This document shows, in pieces, positions 1-9,231 of a stretch of DNA of 64,000 nt (positions are counted from its first letter, which is position 1; every line of letters begins with the position of its first letter). The notes below the pieces were generated by a model. That model was not told where the DNA came from. It did no database searches and saw only the letters and a program-made list of their open reading frames with translations. The stretch is taken from assembly GCA_963812015.1 (NCBI GenBank), contig CAWETI010000003.1, positions 1,664,001 to 1,728,000 of the forward strand, read 5' to 3'. The translations under genes were made by a program, and so were the position numbers. The DNA is from an uncultured delta proteobacterium (GTDB taxonomy: Bacteria; Desulfobacterota; Desulfobaccia; Desulfobaccales; 0-14-0-80-60-11).

Positions 1-597
1 CAGCGCCCAGGAGTGGATCACGCCCCGGGGACCGAACTTCTTGCGGAAATTGGGGAAGTCAGATTCCTTCGGATAGTCCGGGAGTTCCGGTTCCTCCTCC
101 GCGTTGAGGTGGTAGAGGTTGCCGTAGAACTCGTCGAACCCATGATTTGTCGGCAGGTGCTCGTCCTTGTCACCGAGATGGTTCTTGCCGAACTGCCCGG
201 TGGCGTAGCCTTGCGCCTTGAGCAATTCCGCAATCGTCACATCCCGCTTCTTCAAGCCAAGGTCCGCACCTGGCAGGCCCACTTTGGTCATGCCCGTTCG
301 CAGGCCGACTTGGCCCGTGATGAACGAGGCTCGACCCGCCGTACAGCTTTGCTCGCCGTAGTAGTCGGTGAACATTACTCCCTCTTTGGCGACCCGGTCG
401 ATGTTGGGGGTCTGGTATCCCATCAGCCCTTTTGTATAGGCGCTGATGTTGCTCTGGCCGATGTCGTCACCCCAGATCACCACAATGTTAGGCTTGTCGG
501 TTTTCTTCTTCTCCTGAGCCGCGGCAGGGCCGGAGACGGCTAACACTAACGCAACCATGATGGCCAGGGATAAGATTAGTCTTGAGACCCGGGGCAT
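1..597 (-). CDS. Arylsulfatase (formylglycine-dependent sulfatase), N-terminal part; runs off the left edge
   Basis: Manual translation from ATG at 597: signal peptide, then KPNIVVIWGDDIG...TPNIDR...EQSCTAGRASFITG (CxAxR motif)...GKNHLG...HGFDEFYG. AAGGA upstream. Not in the ORF track; the + ORF 13..543 is its shadow. Confidence 0.93.
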   Translation of the reverse strand, partial: MPRVSRLILSLAIMVALVLAVSGPAAAQEKKKTDKPNIVVIWGDDIGQSNISAYTKGLMGYQTPNIDRVAKEGVMFTDYYGEQSCTAGRASFITGQVGLRTGMTKVGLPGADLGLKKRDVTIAELLKAQGYATGQFGKNHLGDKDEHLPTNHGFDEFYGNLYHLNAEEEPELPDYPKESDFPNFRKKFGPRGVIHSWAL

Positions 598-679
598 TTT
601 TTGATCCTTTAATTATTTTTTGACCGCATTTTTAATCCTTAACTTATAATCAATCCTCGTCGCATTGTCACCAACTGCC

Positions 680-3085
680 TTAGGGGTTTTGGGTTTTGAT
701 ATTTAATTTCTGGAGGGCCGCGGCCACCCGGACCCGGTCCCGGGGCGAGAGACTCTCCACCTGTTGGGCCTGGCGGAGCACCGCCTCGGCCTGGGGGCGA
801 TCCCCCTGTTGCACGTAAATCTCGGCCAGCAACAGATAGCCGTCTGTGAAGCCGGGCCGCCGTGTAAGAAAATCCTGCAAAGTCATAGCGGCATTCTGAA
901 AGTCCCCCTGCTCCTTCTGGTAGAAGGCCAGGGTATAGGCGTACTTAGGCTCCTGGGGGTTCAGCTCCACTGCTTTCTTGCACCAGGACACAGCCTCCGC
1001 CGGCCGGTCTTTGGCGGTGAGAATGCAGAGGTTGTAGGCCGCCGGCGCCATCTTGGGGTCGAGGCGAAAGGCTTCCCTGAGCTCCCGCTCAGCGTCCTTT
1101 ACCCGGTTCTGCTCGGCCTTAAGCAGCCCCAGGTTGAAGTACGCCGCGGCGTTATTCGGAGCAATTTTGATGGCCATCACCAGGGACTTCTCCGCTTGGT
1201 CCGGCGCGCCCATCTTAGCGTAGGCCATGGAGGCGTTGACCATCACCATGGCCGCCCTGGGCTCGATTTTGAGAGCGGTGTCGTAAGCGGCCAAGGCTTC
1301 CTTGATCTCCCCCCGGTTAAGATAGTAGTTCCCCAGGTTATAATGCGAAGTCCACTGGTCCGGCCGGGCCGTCAGGGAGTCCAGGTACTCGTCCGTTGCT
1401 TTCTTCACCTTATCCTGGTTTTCTCCCTGGAACCAGGCGGCAGGATAATGGGCAAGAGAGGCCGCGGTCCTGACCCGCACCAGCCGATAGCTGTCCCCTA
1501 CTGCCGCCACCAGGGCCTGGAAGCTTTCCCGGCTCGGCCGGACTGACAAGGCTTCCGCCGCTGCGGCCCGCACCAGGGGAGAGGGGTCCTGGGTGGCTTT
1601 GAGTAAGGTGGGTTGTATCCGCTCATCCGGGGCAGTCATGGTCAGGCGGATCAGGGAGGCGGCGAAGACCTCGTCCCGCTCTGGGCTCGTAATGTAGGTC
1701 ATCATCTCCGGGAGCTTTTGCCAGTCGCGCTTACGGGCCGCCTCGATGAGCCCAGCCCGCTGGAGGACAGGCGCCTGGTAGTCCCGCGCACGCCACTTCC
1801 TGACGTTCTGGTCGGCCCAGGCCGCGTCTTTATCCTTGTGGCACAGGTTGCAGGCATTGGGGGGGCCGAACTTAATCGTCGCAGCCGGCGCCGGCGGCAG
1901 CATGGAGTGATCGGTCCTGTTCATCCGGGCAAACGCGGTCATGGGCATGTGGCAGGTGACGCACTTAGTAGGAACCCCCGGCTTGTCCGGCGGGTGATGG
2001 ATGTGCTCCGCGGCCTTGGCCACCCGTTCGGCGTGGCAGGGGAGGCAGGCGTCGTTGGCCTTGGCTTCGTCTTTAAAGCGATAGCGGCCGCTGGAAGTGT
2101 GGCACGTGATGCAGTCGAGCTGCCCAGCCTTGACGCAGGGGCTCATGAGCCAGGTGGTGTAGGTGTAGTTTTCTCCCAAGTCACGGCCATCGGGATAGTA
2201 GTCTGGGTTTTCCAGGGTCACCAAATCAAAGTGGTCGAAGAACCGGCCCCCGGGCGGAAAAACCGTGGTGAGGGGGGAGGTCTTGGCATGACAAGAGCCG
2301 CATGAGGCGTTGTGTTGCTCATGGGTGAACTTTTTCACACTGATGATCTTGAGGTCCGGGGGCACTTGTCCTTTGGGCGCGGCCTGCATAACTTCGTTGT
2401 GCGCCTTGGAGGGGCCGTGGCAGCTCTCGCAGTTGATACCCGCCTCCGCCCAGGTGGTGCGGTAGGTGTCGGTCTTCAGATCATAGTTGGTGTTGTACTG
2501 GCTCACATGGCAGTTGTAGCAGGCGGTGTTGAAGGTGTAGGGCCACTCCTTCCAGTGGACCGGCTCATCAGGCGGCCCGGAGCCGAAGTGACGCACCCCG
2601 CTGGCCGCGGTGTCAAACCATTGTTTGGTGCGCGCGTCATAGGCCACCGGCAAGGTCTGGAGACGTCCTCGTTCGAGGGGAGTCAGGAAGTAATAGACGT
2701 TCTTGCCGCCCAGGGCGTGGAGGATGGGGTATTTTTTCTTCTTGCCTTTGGAGTCAGTTTCCAGGACCCAGCCGGCCTGGGGGTGGATGTCAGCCCGGTA
2801 ACGGCACTTGCCGATGACCAGGTTTTTCGTCTGGGGTGTCAGGTTGGTCCGGGCGAACTCCGCGGTGTAGGGTTGCATGGCCAGCCCGTGCCGGGAAGAA
2901 GCCCAGAGCTGGTAGAATTTTCCGTGACATTCGATACAGCTCTTAGAGCCAGCGTAGAGTGAGAGTTCCTGAGGCAATGTCGAGTCGGCCGGCTTCACTT
3001 GCGCATCCGCAAGGCCAGTAACGCAGAACATCACTGCTACGGTCGCTAATGCCGCTCCGATGGTCAAGCTGAAAAGCCTTGGCAT
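680..3085 (-). CDS. Exported octaheme cytochrome c with HEAT-like and TPR repeats
   Basis: Signal peptide; 8 CxxCH motifs (CIECH, CYNCH, CESCH, CGSCH, CITCH, CLPCH, CVTCH, CNLCH); HEAT-like DPSPLVRAAAAEAL; C-terminal TPRs. Confidence 0.9.
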   Translation of the reverse strand: MPRLFSLTIGAALATVAVMFCVTGLADAQVKPADSTLPQELSLYAGSKSCIECHGKFYQLWASSRHGLAMQPYTAEFARTNLTPQTKNLVIGKCRYRADIHPQAGWVLETDSKGKKKKYPILHALGGKNVYYFLTPLERGRLQTLPVAYDARTKQWFDTAASGVRHFGSGPPDEPVHWKEWPYTFNTACYNCHVSQYNTNYDLKTDTYRTTWAEAGINCESCHGPSKAHNEVMQAAPKGQVPPDLKIISVKKFTHEQHNASCGSCHAKTSPLTTVFPPGGRFFDHFDLVTLENPDYYPDGRDLGENYTYTTWLMSPCVKAGQLDCITCHTSSGRYRFKDEAKANDACLPCHAERVAKAAEHIHHPPDKPGVPTKCVTCHMPMTAFARMNRTDHSMLPPAPAATIKFGPPNACNLCHKDKDAAWADQNVRKWRARDYQAPVLQRAGLIEAARKRDWQKLPEMMTYITSPERDEVFAASLIRLTMTAPDERIQPTLLKATQDPSPLVRAAAAEALSVRPSRESFQALVAAVGDSYRLVRVRTAASLAHYPAAWFQGENQDKVKKATDEYLDSLTARPDQWTSHYNLGNYYLNRGEIKEALAAYDTALKIEPRAAMVMVNASMAYAKMGAPDQAEKSLVMAIKIAPNNAAAYFNLGLLKAEQNRVKDAERELREAFRLDPKMAPAAYNLCILTAKDRPAEAVSWCKKAVELNPQEPKYAYTLAFYQKEQGDFQNAAMTLQDFLTRRPGFTDGYLLLAEIYVQQGDRPQAEAVLRQAQQVESLSPRDRVRVAAALQKLNIKTQNP

Positions 3086-3174
3086 TTTGACCCCCCGGTG
3101 ATTCTAACAGGGTTAAGATTAGATGGGAAGCAAATCAAAATTCTTTGGTGTGCCGGTGGGAATCTGAGCGATAA

Positions 3175-3350
3175 CTTGCCAAACCCTTCACTTATCACCG
3201 AGTCAGCAAAAACTATGGATATGATCTGCATATCCTCCAATGGCATTTGTGGGGAGGATGATTGCAGGTGCCCGCGTTTGAACGGGGCCAGATTAACGGT
3301 GGGAAAGGCAGGGGGCCATCGCGTCGAAAAGAGTTGATATGCTCTGGATA
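3175..3350. repeat. Conserved non-coding element, copy 1
   Basis: Aligns without gaps over ~175 bp to 14782-14957 (about 75% identity by manual count). Contains GATATG-N5-CATATC and AGAGTTGATATGCTCTGGATA. Confidence 0.8.
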
Positions 3351-3627
3351 TGGGAAGTTTATTGGCCCGGTGATAAGTGTCGGATCATAGCAGTTAGGTT
3401 GAATTTTTCTCCGATAAGAAACGGCGGCATAGCCCAAAAAAATAGAAACTTCGATATAAACAAAGAAGTCAGGCTCGCCTCAACTCTGTGGAGAAACATT
3501 CCCGGTTAGGTGAAAGTTGTGCTATTATCGCTCCTGCCAAAGGATTCAGCGTCATGAGAAGGTCAGATAGGGTCTTTTCACCGGCTAAAGTGATCAATAG
3601 TTTATTTTAGGCCAAAGGCCTATCACT

Positions 3628-3891
3628 ATGCAAGGCCAAGTCTTCGGGGTCAACACCTTTTTCCTGAAGGGCGGCCAGATGCTGAACTTTGCTTCCTCTG
3701 GCCAGAACATCCTGGACCTGAAGCGGGGTCCGGGTCTGAGCCTGGAAGATTGGGCAGAAGGTTGGCGAGCCGAAGCCAAGAACCCTGGGCCGCCCGGCAG
3801 AGGCCCGGGAGGCCTACACCGCCTTCTCCGGCATGCCCCTCCGGAAGCCAAAGAGCAGATTGAACAGGCCAGGCGGTGGTTGGAAAAATAA
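3628..3891 (+). pseudogene. Relic of a trypsin-like protease-TPR gene
   Basis: MQGQVFGVNTFFLKGGQMLNFA resembles the end of a trypsin-like S1C domain. 3787-3891 matches the common 3' end of the TPR paralogs (gcagaggcccgggaggcctac...APPEAKEQIEQAR), with frameshifts. Confidence 0.7.
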
Positions 3892-3915
3892 CCGGTATTA
3901 TATTATGGTGCCCTC

Positions 3916-5172
3916 ATGCGGGCGAAATTTTTCATCGGATTGATTATGGCAGCGATTATTGGGTCGGACTACGCCGCGATCCCTGTCTTCGCGGCCCAGG
4001 AGATCCAGGGATACTGGAAACCTCCTAAAGCCATTAAGTTTGCCACCCAACCAGGGGGGGGGTATATAGATATCAGAAACGCCACAATGCATCAACAGAA
4101 TCCTGATGACATAGCCTACAACAATGCCTTTGATTTTATCAAGAACAGGAAATTCAGCCAAGCCATCTCCGAGCTCGATAAACTGCTCAATAAGAACCGC
4201 ATGTATTTAGACGCCTATTACGGCCGAGGGCTGGCGTACGCCCTGGAGGGCAAATACGATGCGGCCATTGCTGACTTTACCCGCTACCTGGAATTTGAGC
4301 AAAAAGACGCCGACTCCTACTGCAACCGGGGCCTGGCCCGGGTCCTCCAGGGCCAATATGACCAGGGCCTGGCTGACTTGAACAAGGCCCTGGAGCTAAA
4401 CCCCGATGATTACCTGGCCCTTTATCTCCGGGGCTTTGTGCATTTTAAACAGGGCCGGGCCGCCGCGGCCAGGGCGGACTATGAGAAGGCCTTGCGCCTC
4501 AACCCGGATTTCGGGGAGCGGGAAGGCAAAGGGCAGACCGAACTGGACACGTATCCATTGGTTTTGCAGGGTAAAGCCCCCGCCCGGGCCGGTGCGCCGG
4601 GTCCATCACCGGAAAGTCCAACCCATGAGAAACAGGCCCTGGCCGCGGCGCAAAAAGGGGATTATGACACGGCCCTGGCCGAATTCAGCAAGGCTCTGCA
4701 GGCTGACCCCAAGAATCCGGAACTCTACAACAACCGGGGCAGCATTTATACCTTCAAGGGCAGCTACGATCTGGCCCTGGCCGATTTCACCAAGACCCTG
4801 GAATTGGATCCCAGGTATGCCAGGGCCTACTACAACCGGGCCCTGGCTTATTACTACCAGGGTAATTACGACAGGGCCATCGCCGATCTCACCAAGGCCA
4901 TCGAATTGAATTCCAAGGACGCCGAGGCCTACAACAATCGGGGTCTGGCCTATGATCAGCAAAAGCACTATGATAAGGCCATTGATGACTTCACCAGGGC
5001 GCTGCTCCTGAACCCTAAGTTGGCGGACGCCTATTTCAACAAAGCGATATCGTGTGAACGGAGCGGCCGCCAGGCAGAGGCCCGGGAGGCCTACGCCGCC
5101 TTTCTCCGGTATGCTCCCCCGGAAGCTAAAGACCAGATCGAGCAGGCCAGAAGCAAAATCAGCAGGCGATGA
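3916..5172 (+). CDS. Exported TPR protein, array gene 1 (divergent)
   Basis: Signal peptide; two TPR blocks (YxNRG..Y...G.YD.AIADF) separated by a Pro/Ala linker; shares the C-terminal tail with the other paralogs. Confidence 0.93.
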   Translation: MRAKFFIGLIMAAIIGSDYAAIPVFAAQEIQGYWKPPKAIKFATQPGGGYIDIRNATMHQQNPDDIAYNNAFDFIKNRKFSQAISELDKLLNKNRMYLDAYYGRGLAYALEGKYDAAIADFTRYLEFEQKDADSYCNRGLARVLQGQYDQGLADLNKALELNPDDYLALYLRGFVHFKQGRAAAARADYEKALRLNPDFGEREGKGQTELDTYPLVLQGKAPARAGAPGPSPESPTHEKQALAAAQKGDYDTALAEFSKALQADPKNPELYNNRGSIYTFKGSYDLALADFTKTLELDPRYARAYYNRALAYYYQGNYDRAIADLTKAIELNSKDAEAYNNRGLAYDQQKHYDKAIDDFTRALLLNPKLADAYFNKAISCERSGRQAEAREAYAAFLRYAPPEAKDQIEQARSKISRR

Positions 5173-5209
5173 AACCTTCTTTCCTTTTACTTGACGGCGG
5201 GAGGAGAAA

Positions 5210-6517
5210 ATGACCAGGGGTGCCAGGATTATCATAAGCTTCAGCTGCTGCTTCATAACCGGGTTAATCTTCTTTGGGGGAGCTGCGCTGGAAAGAAGAA
5301 CGATCCTGGCGGCGGAATATTCGGGGCGGATGAGGGAAGAGATGGCATCCCGCTTCCGGCTCGAGGACGAGGAAGACCTCCACTGGAAGCCCCTGGCGCA
5401 TGAAGATAGATTCTATGTTGTGCACCAAGCCTCTTTTGCCGGGCAAGAACCAATTTTACATAACAATCTTGGTATTGATCATGCTGACCAGGGCCGGTAT
5501 GACCAGGCCATCGCCGAATTCACCATGGCCGTGAAGAACTTGCCAATCTATGGCAGGCCCTATTACAACCGAGGCACAATCTATGCCCGTCAGGGGCAGC
5601 AGGATCTCGCCATCGCTGACTTTAGCCAGGCGATAGAAATAGACCCCGATTCTGGCGATGCCTGGCACAATCGCGGGGTCGTTTATACGCAAAAAGGGCA
5701 ATACGAGCAGGCCCTGGCCGACTTCAAAAAGGTCTTGCAACTTAAGCCCGAAGATGCCGAGGCTTACTACATGCGGGGGGTGGTCTATCTGAAACTGGGG
5801 CAGAATGACCGGGCCATCGCCGACTTCACCAAGTCCCTGGAACTGGACCCCAAATTTGCCAAGGCCTACTGCAACCGGGGGGTAACTTATGCCATGCAGG
5901 GTCAGATGGACCGGGCCCTGCCCGACCTGAATAAGGCCTTGCAGACTAATCCCAGATACAGCAAGGCTTTATACATACGCGGCCTGATCTACACCCAGCA
6001 GAAGAAAAACGAGCAGGCCCTGACGGATTTCAATAAAGCCCTGGAAATCAACGCCGGCAATGACAAGGCCCTCTATTTCCGGGGCATTCTCTATTTCAGC
6101 CAGGGGCGATATGACTTAGCCCTGGCGGACTTCAACCAGGCCCTGAAGATCAATCCCAAATATGCCGAAGCCTACAATAACCGGGGCAGTATCTTTACGG
6201 CCAAGGGCCAGTATGACCAAGCCCTGGCCGACTTCAACCAGGCCCTGCAGATAGACCCCAGGCATGCCAACGCCTACTACAACCGGGGAGTGGCCTACTT
6301 TAACAAGAGCCTTTATGATAAGGCCATTGTCGATTTCAATAAATCCCTGGAACTGGACTCCAAACTGGCCGACGCTTATTTTAGCAAGGCCCTGGCTTTG
6401 GAGGCGGCGGGCCGCCAGGCAGAGGCCCGGGAGGCCTACGCCGCCTTTCTCCAGTATGCTCCCCCGGAAGCTAAAGACCAGATCGAGCAGGCCAGAAGCA
6501 AAATCGGTAGGCGATGA
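5210..6517 (+). CDS. TPR protein, array gene 2 (~10 TPRs)
   Basis: RBS GGAGGAG; hydrophobic N-terminus; EDEEDLHWK motif; ten 34-aa TPR units. Confidence 0.93.
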   Translation: MTRGARIIISFSCCFITGLIFFGGAALERRTILAAEYSGRMREEMASRFRLEDEEDLHWKPLAHEDRFYVVHQASFAGQEPILHNNLGIDHADQGRYDQAIAEFTMAVKNLPIYGRPYYNRGTIYARQGQQDLAIADFSQAIEIDPDSGDAWHNRGVVYTQKGQYEQALADFKKVLQLKPEDAEAYYMRGVVYLKLGQNDRAIADFTKSLELDPKFAKAYCNRGVTYAMQGQMDRALPDLNKALQTNPRYSKALYIRGLIYTQQKKNEQALTDFNKALEINAGNDKALYFRGILYFSQGRYDLALADFNQALKINPKYAEAYNNRGSIFTAKGQYDQALADFNQALQIDPRHANAYYNRGVAYFNKSLYDKAIVDFNKSLELDSKLADAYFSKALALEAAGRQAEAREAYAAFLQYAPPEAKDQIEQARSKIGRR

Positions 6518-6554
6518 AACCCTCTTTTCTTTAAGTTGACGCCGGGAGGAGAAA

Positions 6555-7856
6555 ATGACCAGGCTCGTTGGGATTATTTTTGGCCTTAGCTGCTGCTTAA
6601 CTGCCGGTCTCATCATTTTTGGGGGCGGCGGGCCGGAGAACGGACCCCTCATGGCGGCGGAATATTCCGGTCGGATAAAGGAAGAGATGGTGTCCCGCCT
6701 CCGGGTTGAGGATGAGGATGACTTCCACTGGAAGGATATGGACCCTGGGAATACGGGCTATAGTATGAACCCTAACGCTTCAGCTCGAGCCACATTTCAA
6801 GCAAACGATTTTGGTGTTCGGTTTGCAGAGGAAGGTCGCTATGATCAGGCCATCTTGCAATTTACCAAAGCCATAAAGGATAGCAGCTTATGGTACGCTT
6901 TTTATAATAGAGGGACAACTTATGCCCGCACCAGTCGGGCGGACCTTGGCATCGCGGACTTCAGCCAGGCGATAGAAATGAACCATAATTCGCTGAGCTC
7001 TTTTCACAATCGGGGAGTCGTCTATACACAAAAGGGACAGTATGACCAGGCTCTGGCCGACTTCAACCAGGCCCTGAAACTCAAGCCAGAAGATGTTGAT
7101 GCTCACTACATGCGGGGCGTGGTCTATCTGAAACAGAACCAGCAGGACCGGGCCATCGCTGACCTCACCAAGGTCGTGGAACTGGCTCCCAACTTCGCCA
7201 AGGCCTACTGCAATCGGGGGGTGGCCTATGCCATGCAGGGAAAATTAGAACAGGCCCTGGCCGACCTGAATAAGGCCCTGGAGATCAACCCTAAATATGG
7301 CAAGGCATTATACATACGGGGGCTGGTTTTTTCCCAGCAAGGCCGCAAAGAACAGGCCCTGGCGGATTTCAATAAAGCCCTGGAAATCAAACCCGGTAAC
7401 GACAAGGCCCTCTATTATCGGGGGATTCTTTACTATAACCAGGGACGGCAGGACCAGGCCCTGGCCGACTTCAACCAGGTGTTGAAAATCAACCCCAAAT
7501 ATGCGGAAGCCTACAATAACCGGGGCAGCATCTTTACGGCCAAGGGCCAGTATGACCAAGCCCTGGCCGACTTCAACCAGGCCCTGCACATAGACCCCAG
7601 GCATGCCAACGCCTACTACAACCGGGGAGTGGCCTACTTTAACAAGAGCCTTTATGATAAGGCCATTGTCGATTTCAATAAATCCCTGGAACTGGACCCC
7701 AAACTGGCCGACGCTTATTTTAGCAAGGCCCTGGCTTTGGAGGCGGCGGGCCGCCAGGCAGAGGCCCGGGAGGCCTACGCCGCCTTTCTCCGGTATGCTC
7801 CCCCGGAAGCTAAAGACCAGATCGAGCAGGCCAGAAGCAAAGTCGGCAGACGATGA
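6555..7856 (+). CDS. TPR protein, array gene 3
   Basis: Same architecture as gene 2. Confidence 0.93.
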   Translation: MTRLVGIIFGLSCCLTAGLIIFGGGGPENGPLMAAEYSGRIKEEMVSRLRVEDEDDFHWKDMDPGNTGYSMNPNASARATFQANDFGVRFAEEGRYDQAILQFTKAIKDSSLWYAFYNRGTTYARTSRADLGIADFSQAIEMNHNSLSSFHNRGVVYTQKGQYDQALADFNQALKLKPEDVDAHYMRGVVYLKQNQQDRAIADLTKVVELAPNFAKAYCNRGVAYAMQGKLEQALADLNKALEINPKYGKALYIRGLVFSQQGRKEQALADFNKALEIKPGNDKALYYRGILYYNQGRQDQALADFNQVLKINPKYAEAYNNRGSIFTAKGQYDQALADFNQALHIDPRHANAYYNRGVAYFNKSLYDKAIVDFNKSLELDPKLADAYFSKALALEAAGRQAEAREAYAAFLRYAPPEAKDQIEQARSKVGRR

Positions 7857-7888
7857 AGCCTCTTTTATCTTAAAGGCGAGGTGAGGAA

Positions 7889-9193
7889 ATGACCAGGCTC
7901 GCCAAAATGATTTTAAGCCTTAGCTGCTGCTTGATAACCAGTCTAATCATTTTTGGGGAAGGCTGGCAGGGAAAAGGAATCCTCTTGGCGGCAGAATCTT
8001 CCCTCCGAATGAGAGAAGAGATGGCATCCCACTTTCGGGTCGAGGATGAGGAAGACCTCCACTGGAAGGCTATGATGGCGTTTGCGCGTGGCCTGGGACC
8101 GAGGTCCCCAGCCACTTATACCAGTGTTGCTTTTCATAACAATCGTGGTATTGACTATGCAGAGCAGGGCCGGTATGACCAGGCCATCCCAGAATTCACC
8201 AAGGCCGTGCAAGCAGATTTAACATTGATAGAGGCTTATTACAATCGAGGGATCGCCTACGCCCGTCAGGAGCGGACAGATCTCGCCCTTGCTGATTTCA
8301 ACCGGGTAATCAACATGGACCCGCAATCTACTGACACCATCCATAATCGCGGCGTGGTTTACACCCAAAAAGTGCAGTATGACCAGGCCATGGCCGATTT
8401 CAACCAGGTCCTGAAAATTAAGCCCGAAGATGTGGATGCCCAATACATGCTGGGGGTGATCCACCTGAAGCAGGGCCAGAATGACCGGGCCATCGCTAAC
8501 TTCGCCAGGGCGGTGGAACTGGCTCCCAACTTCGCCAAGGCCTACTGCAATCGGGGGGTGGCCTATGCCATGCAGGGAAAATTAGAACAGGCCTTGGCCG
8601 ACCTGAATAAGGCCCTGGAGATCAACCCTAAATATGGCAAGGCATTATACATACGGGGGCTGGTTTTTTCCCAGCAAGGCCGCAAAGAACAGGCCCTGGC
8701 GGATTTTAATAAGGCCCTGGAGATCAAAGCCAGCAATGACAAGGCCTTATACTTCCGGGGGATTCTTTACTATAACCTGGGCCGGCAGGACCAGGCCCTG
8801 GGGGACTTCAACCAGGTGTTGAAAATCAACCCCAAATATATGGAGGCCTACAATAACCGGGGCAGCATCTTTACGGCCAAGGGCCAGTATGAACAAGCCC
8901 TGGCCGACTTCAACCAGGCCCTGCAGATAGACCCCAGGCATGCCAACGCCTACTACAACCGGGGAGTGGCCTACTTTAACAAGAACCTTTATGATAAGGC
9001 CATTGTCGATTTCAATAAATCCCTGGAACTGGACCCCAAACTGGCCGACGCTTATTTTAGCAAGGCCCTGGCTTTGGAGGCGGCGGGCCGCCAGGACGAG
9101 GCCCGGGAGGCGTACGCCGCCTTTATCCGGTTCGCCCCCCTGGATGCCAAAGACCAGATCGAGCAGGCCAGAAGCAAAATCGGCAGGCGATGA
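7889..9193 (+). CDS. TPR protein, array gene 4
   Basis: Same architecture as gene 2. Confidence 0.93.
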   Translation: MTRLAKMILSLSCCLITSLIIFGEGWQGKGILLAAESSLRMREEMASHFRVEDEEDLHWKAMMAFARGLGPRSPATYTSVAFHNNRGIDYAEQGRYDQAIPEFTKAVQADLTLIEAYYNRGIAYARQERTDLALADFNRVINMDPQSTDTIHNRGVVYTQKVQYDQAMADFNQVLKIKPEDVDAQYMLGVIHLKQGQNDRAIANFARAVELAPNFAKAYCNRGVAYAMQGKLEQALADLNKALEINPKYGKALYIRGLVFSQQGRKEQALADFNKALEIKASNDKALYFRGILYYNLGRQDQALGDFNQVLKINPKYMEAYNNRGSIFTAKGQYEQALADFNQALQIDPRHANAYYNRGVAYFNKNLYDKAIVDFNKSLELDPKLADAYFSKALALEAAGRQDEAREAYAAFIRFAPLDAKDQIEQARSKIGRR

Positions 9194-9231
9194 GACCTTC
9201 TTTTCTTTTATCTTGATACCGGGATGAGAAA

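Noticed and set aside
13..543. + strand ORF, and other long opposite-strand ORFs such as 33634..36630, 50292..51758 and 61065..62294
   Set aside because: Antisense shadows of well-supported genes in GC-rich DNA.
3164..3183. Sigma54 promoter at the conserved TGGCAAG of the repeated element
   Set aside because: Spacing is GG-N9-GC in copy 1 and the GC is absent in copy 2.
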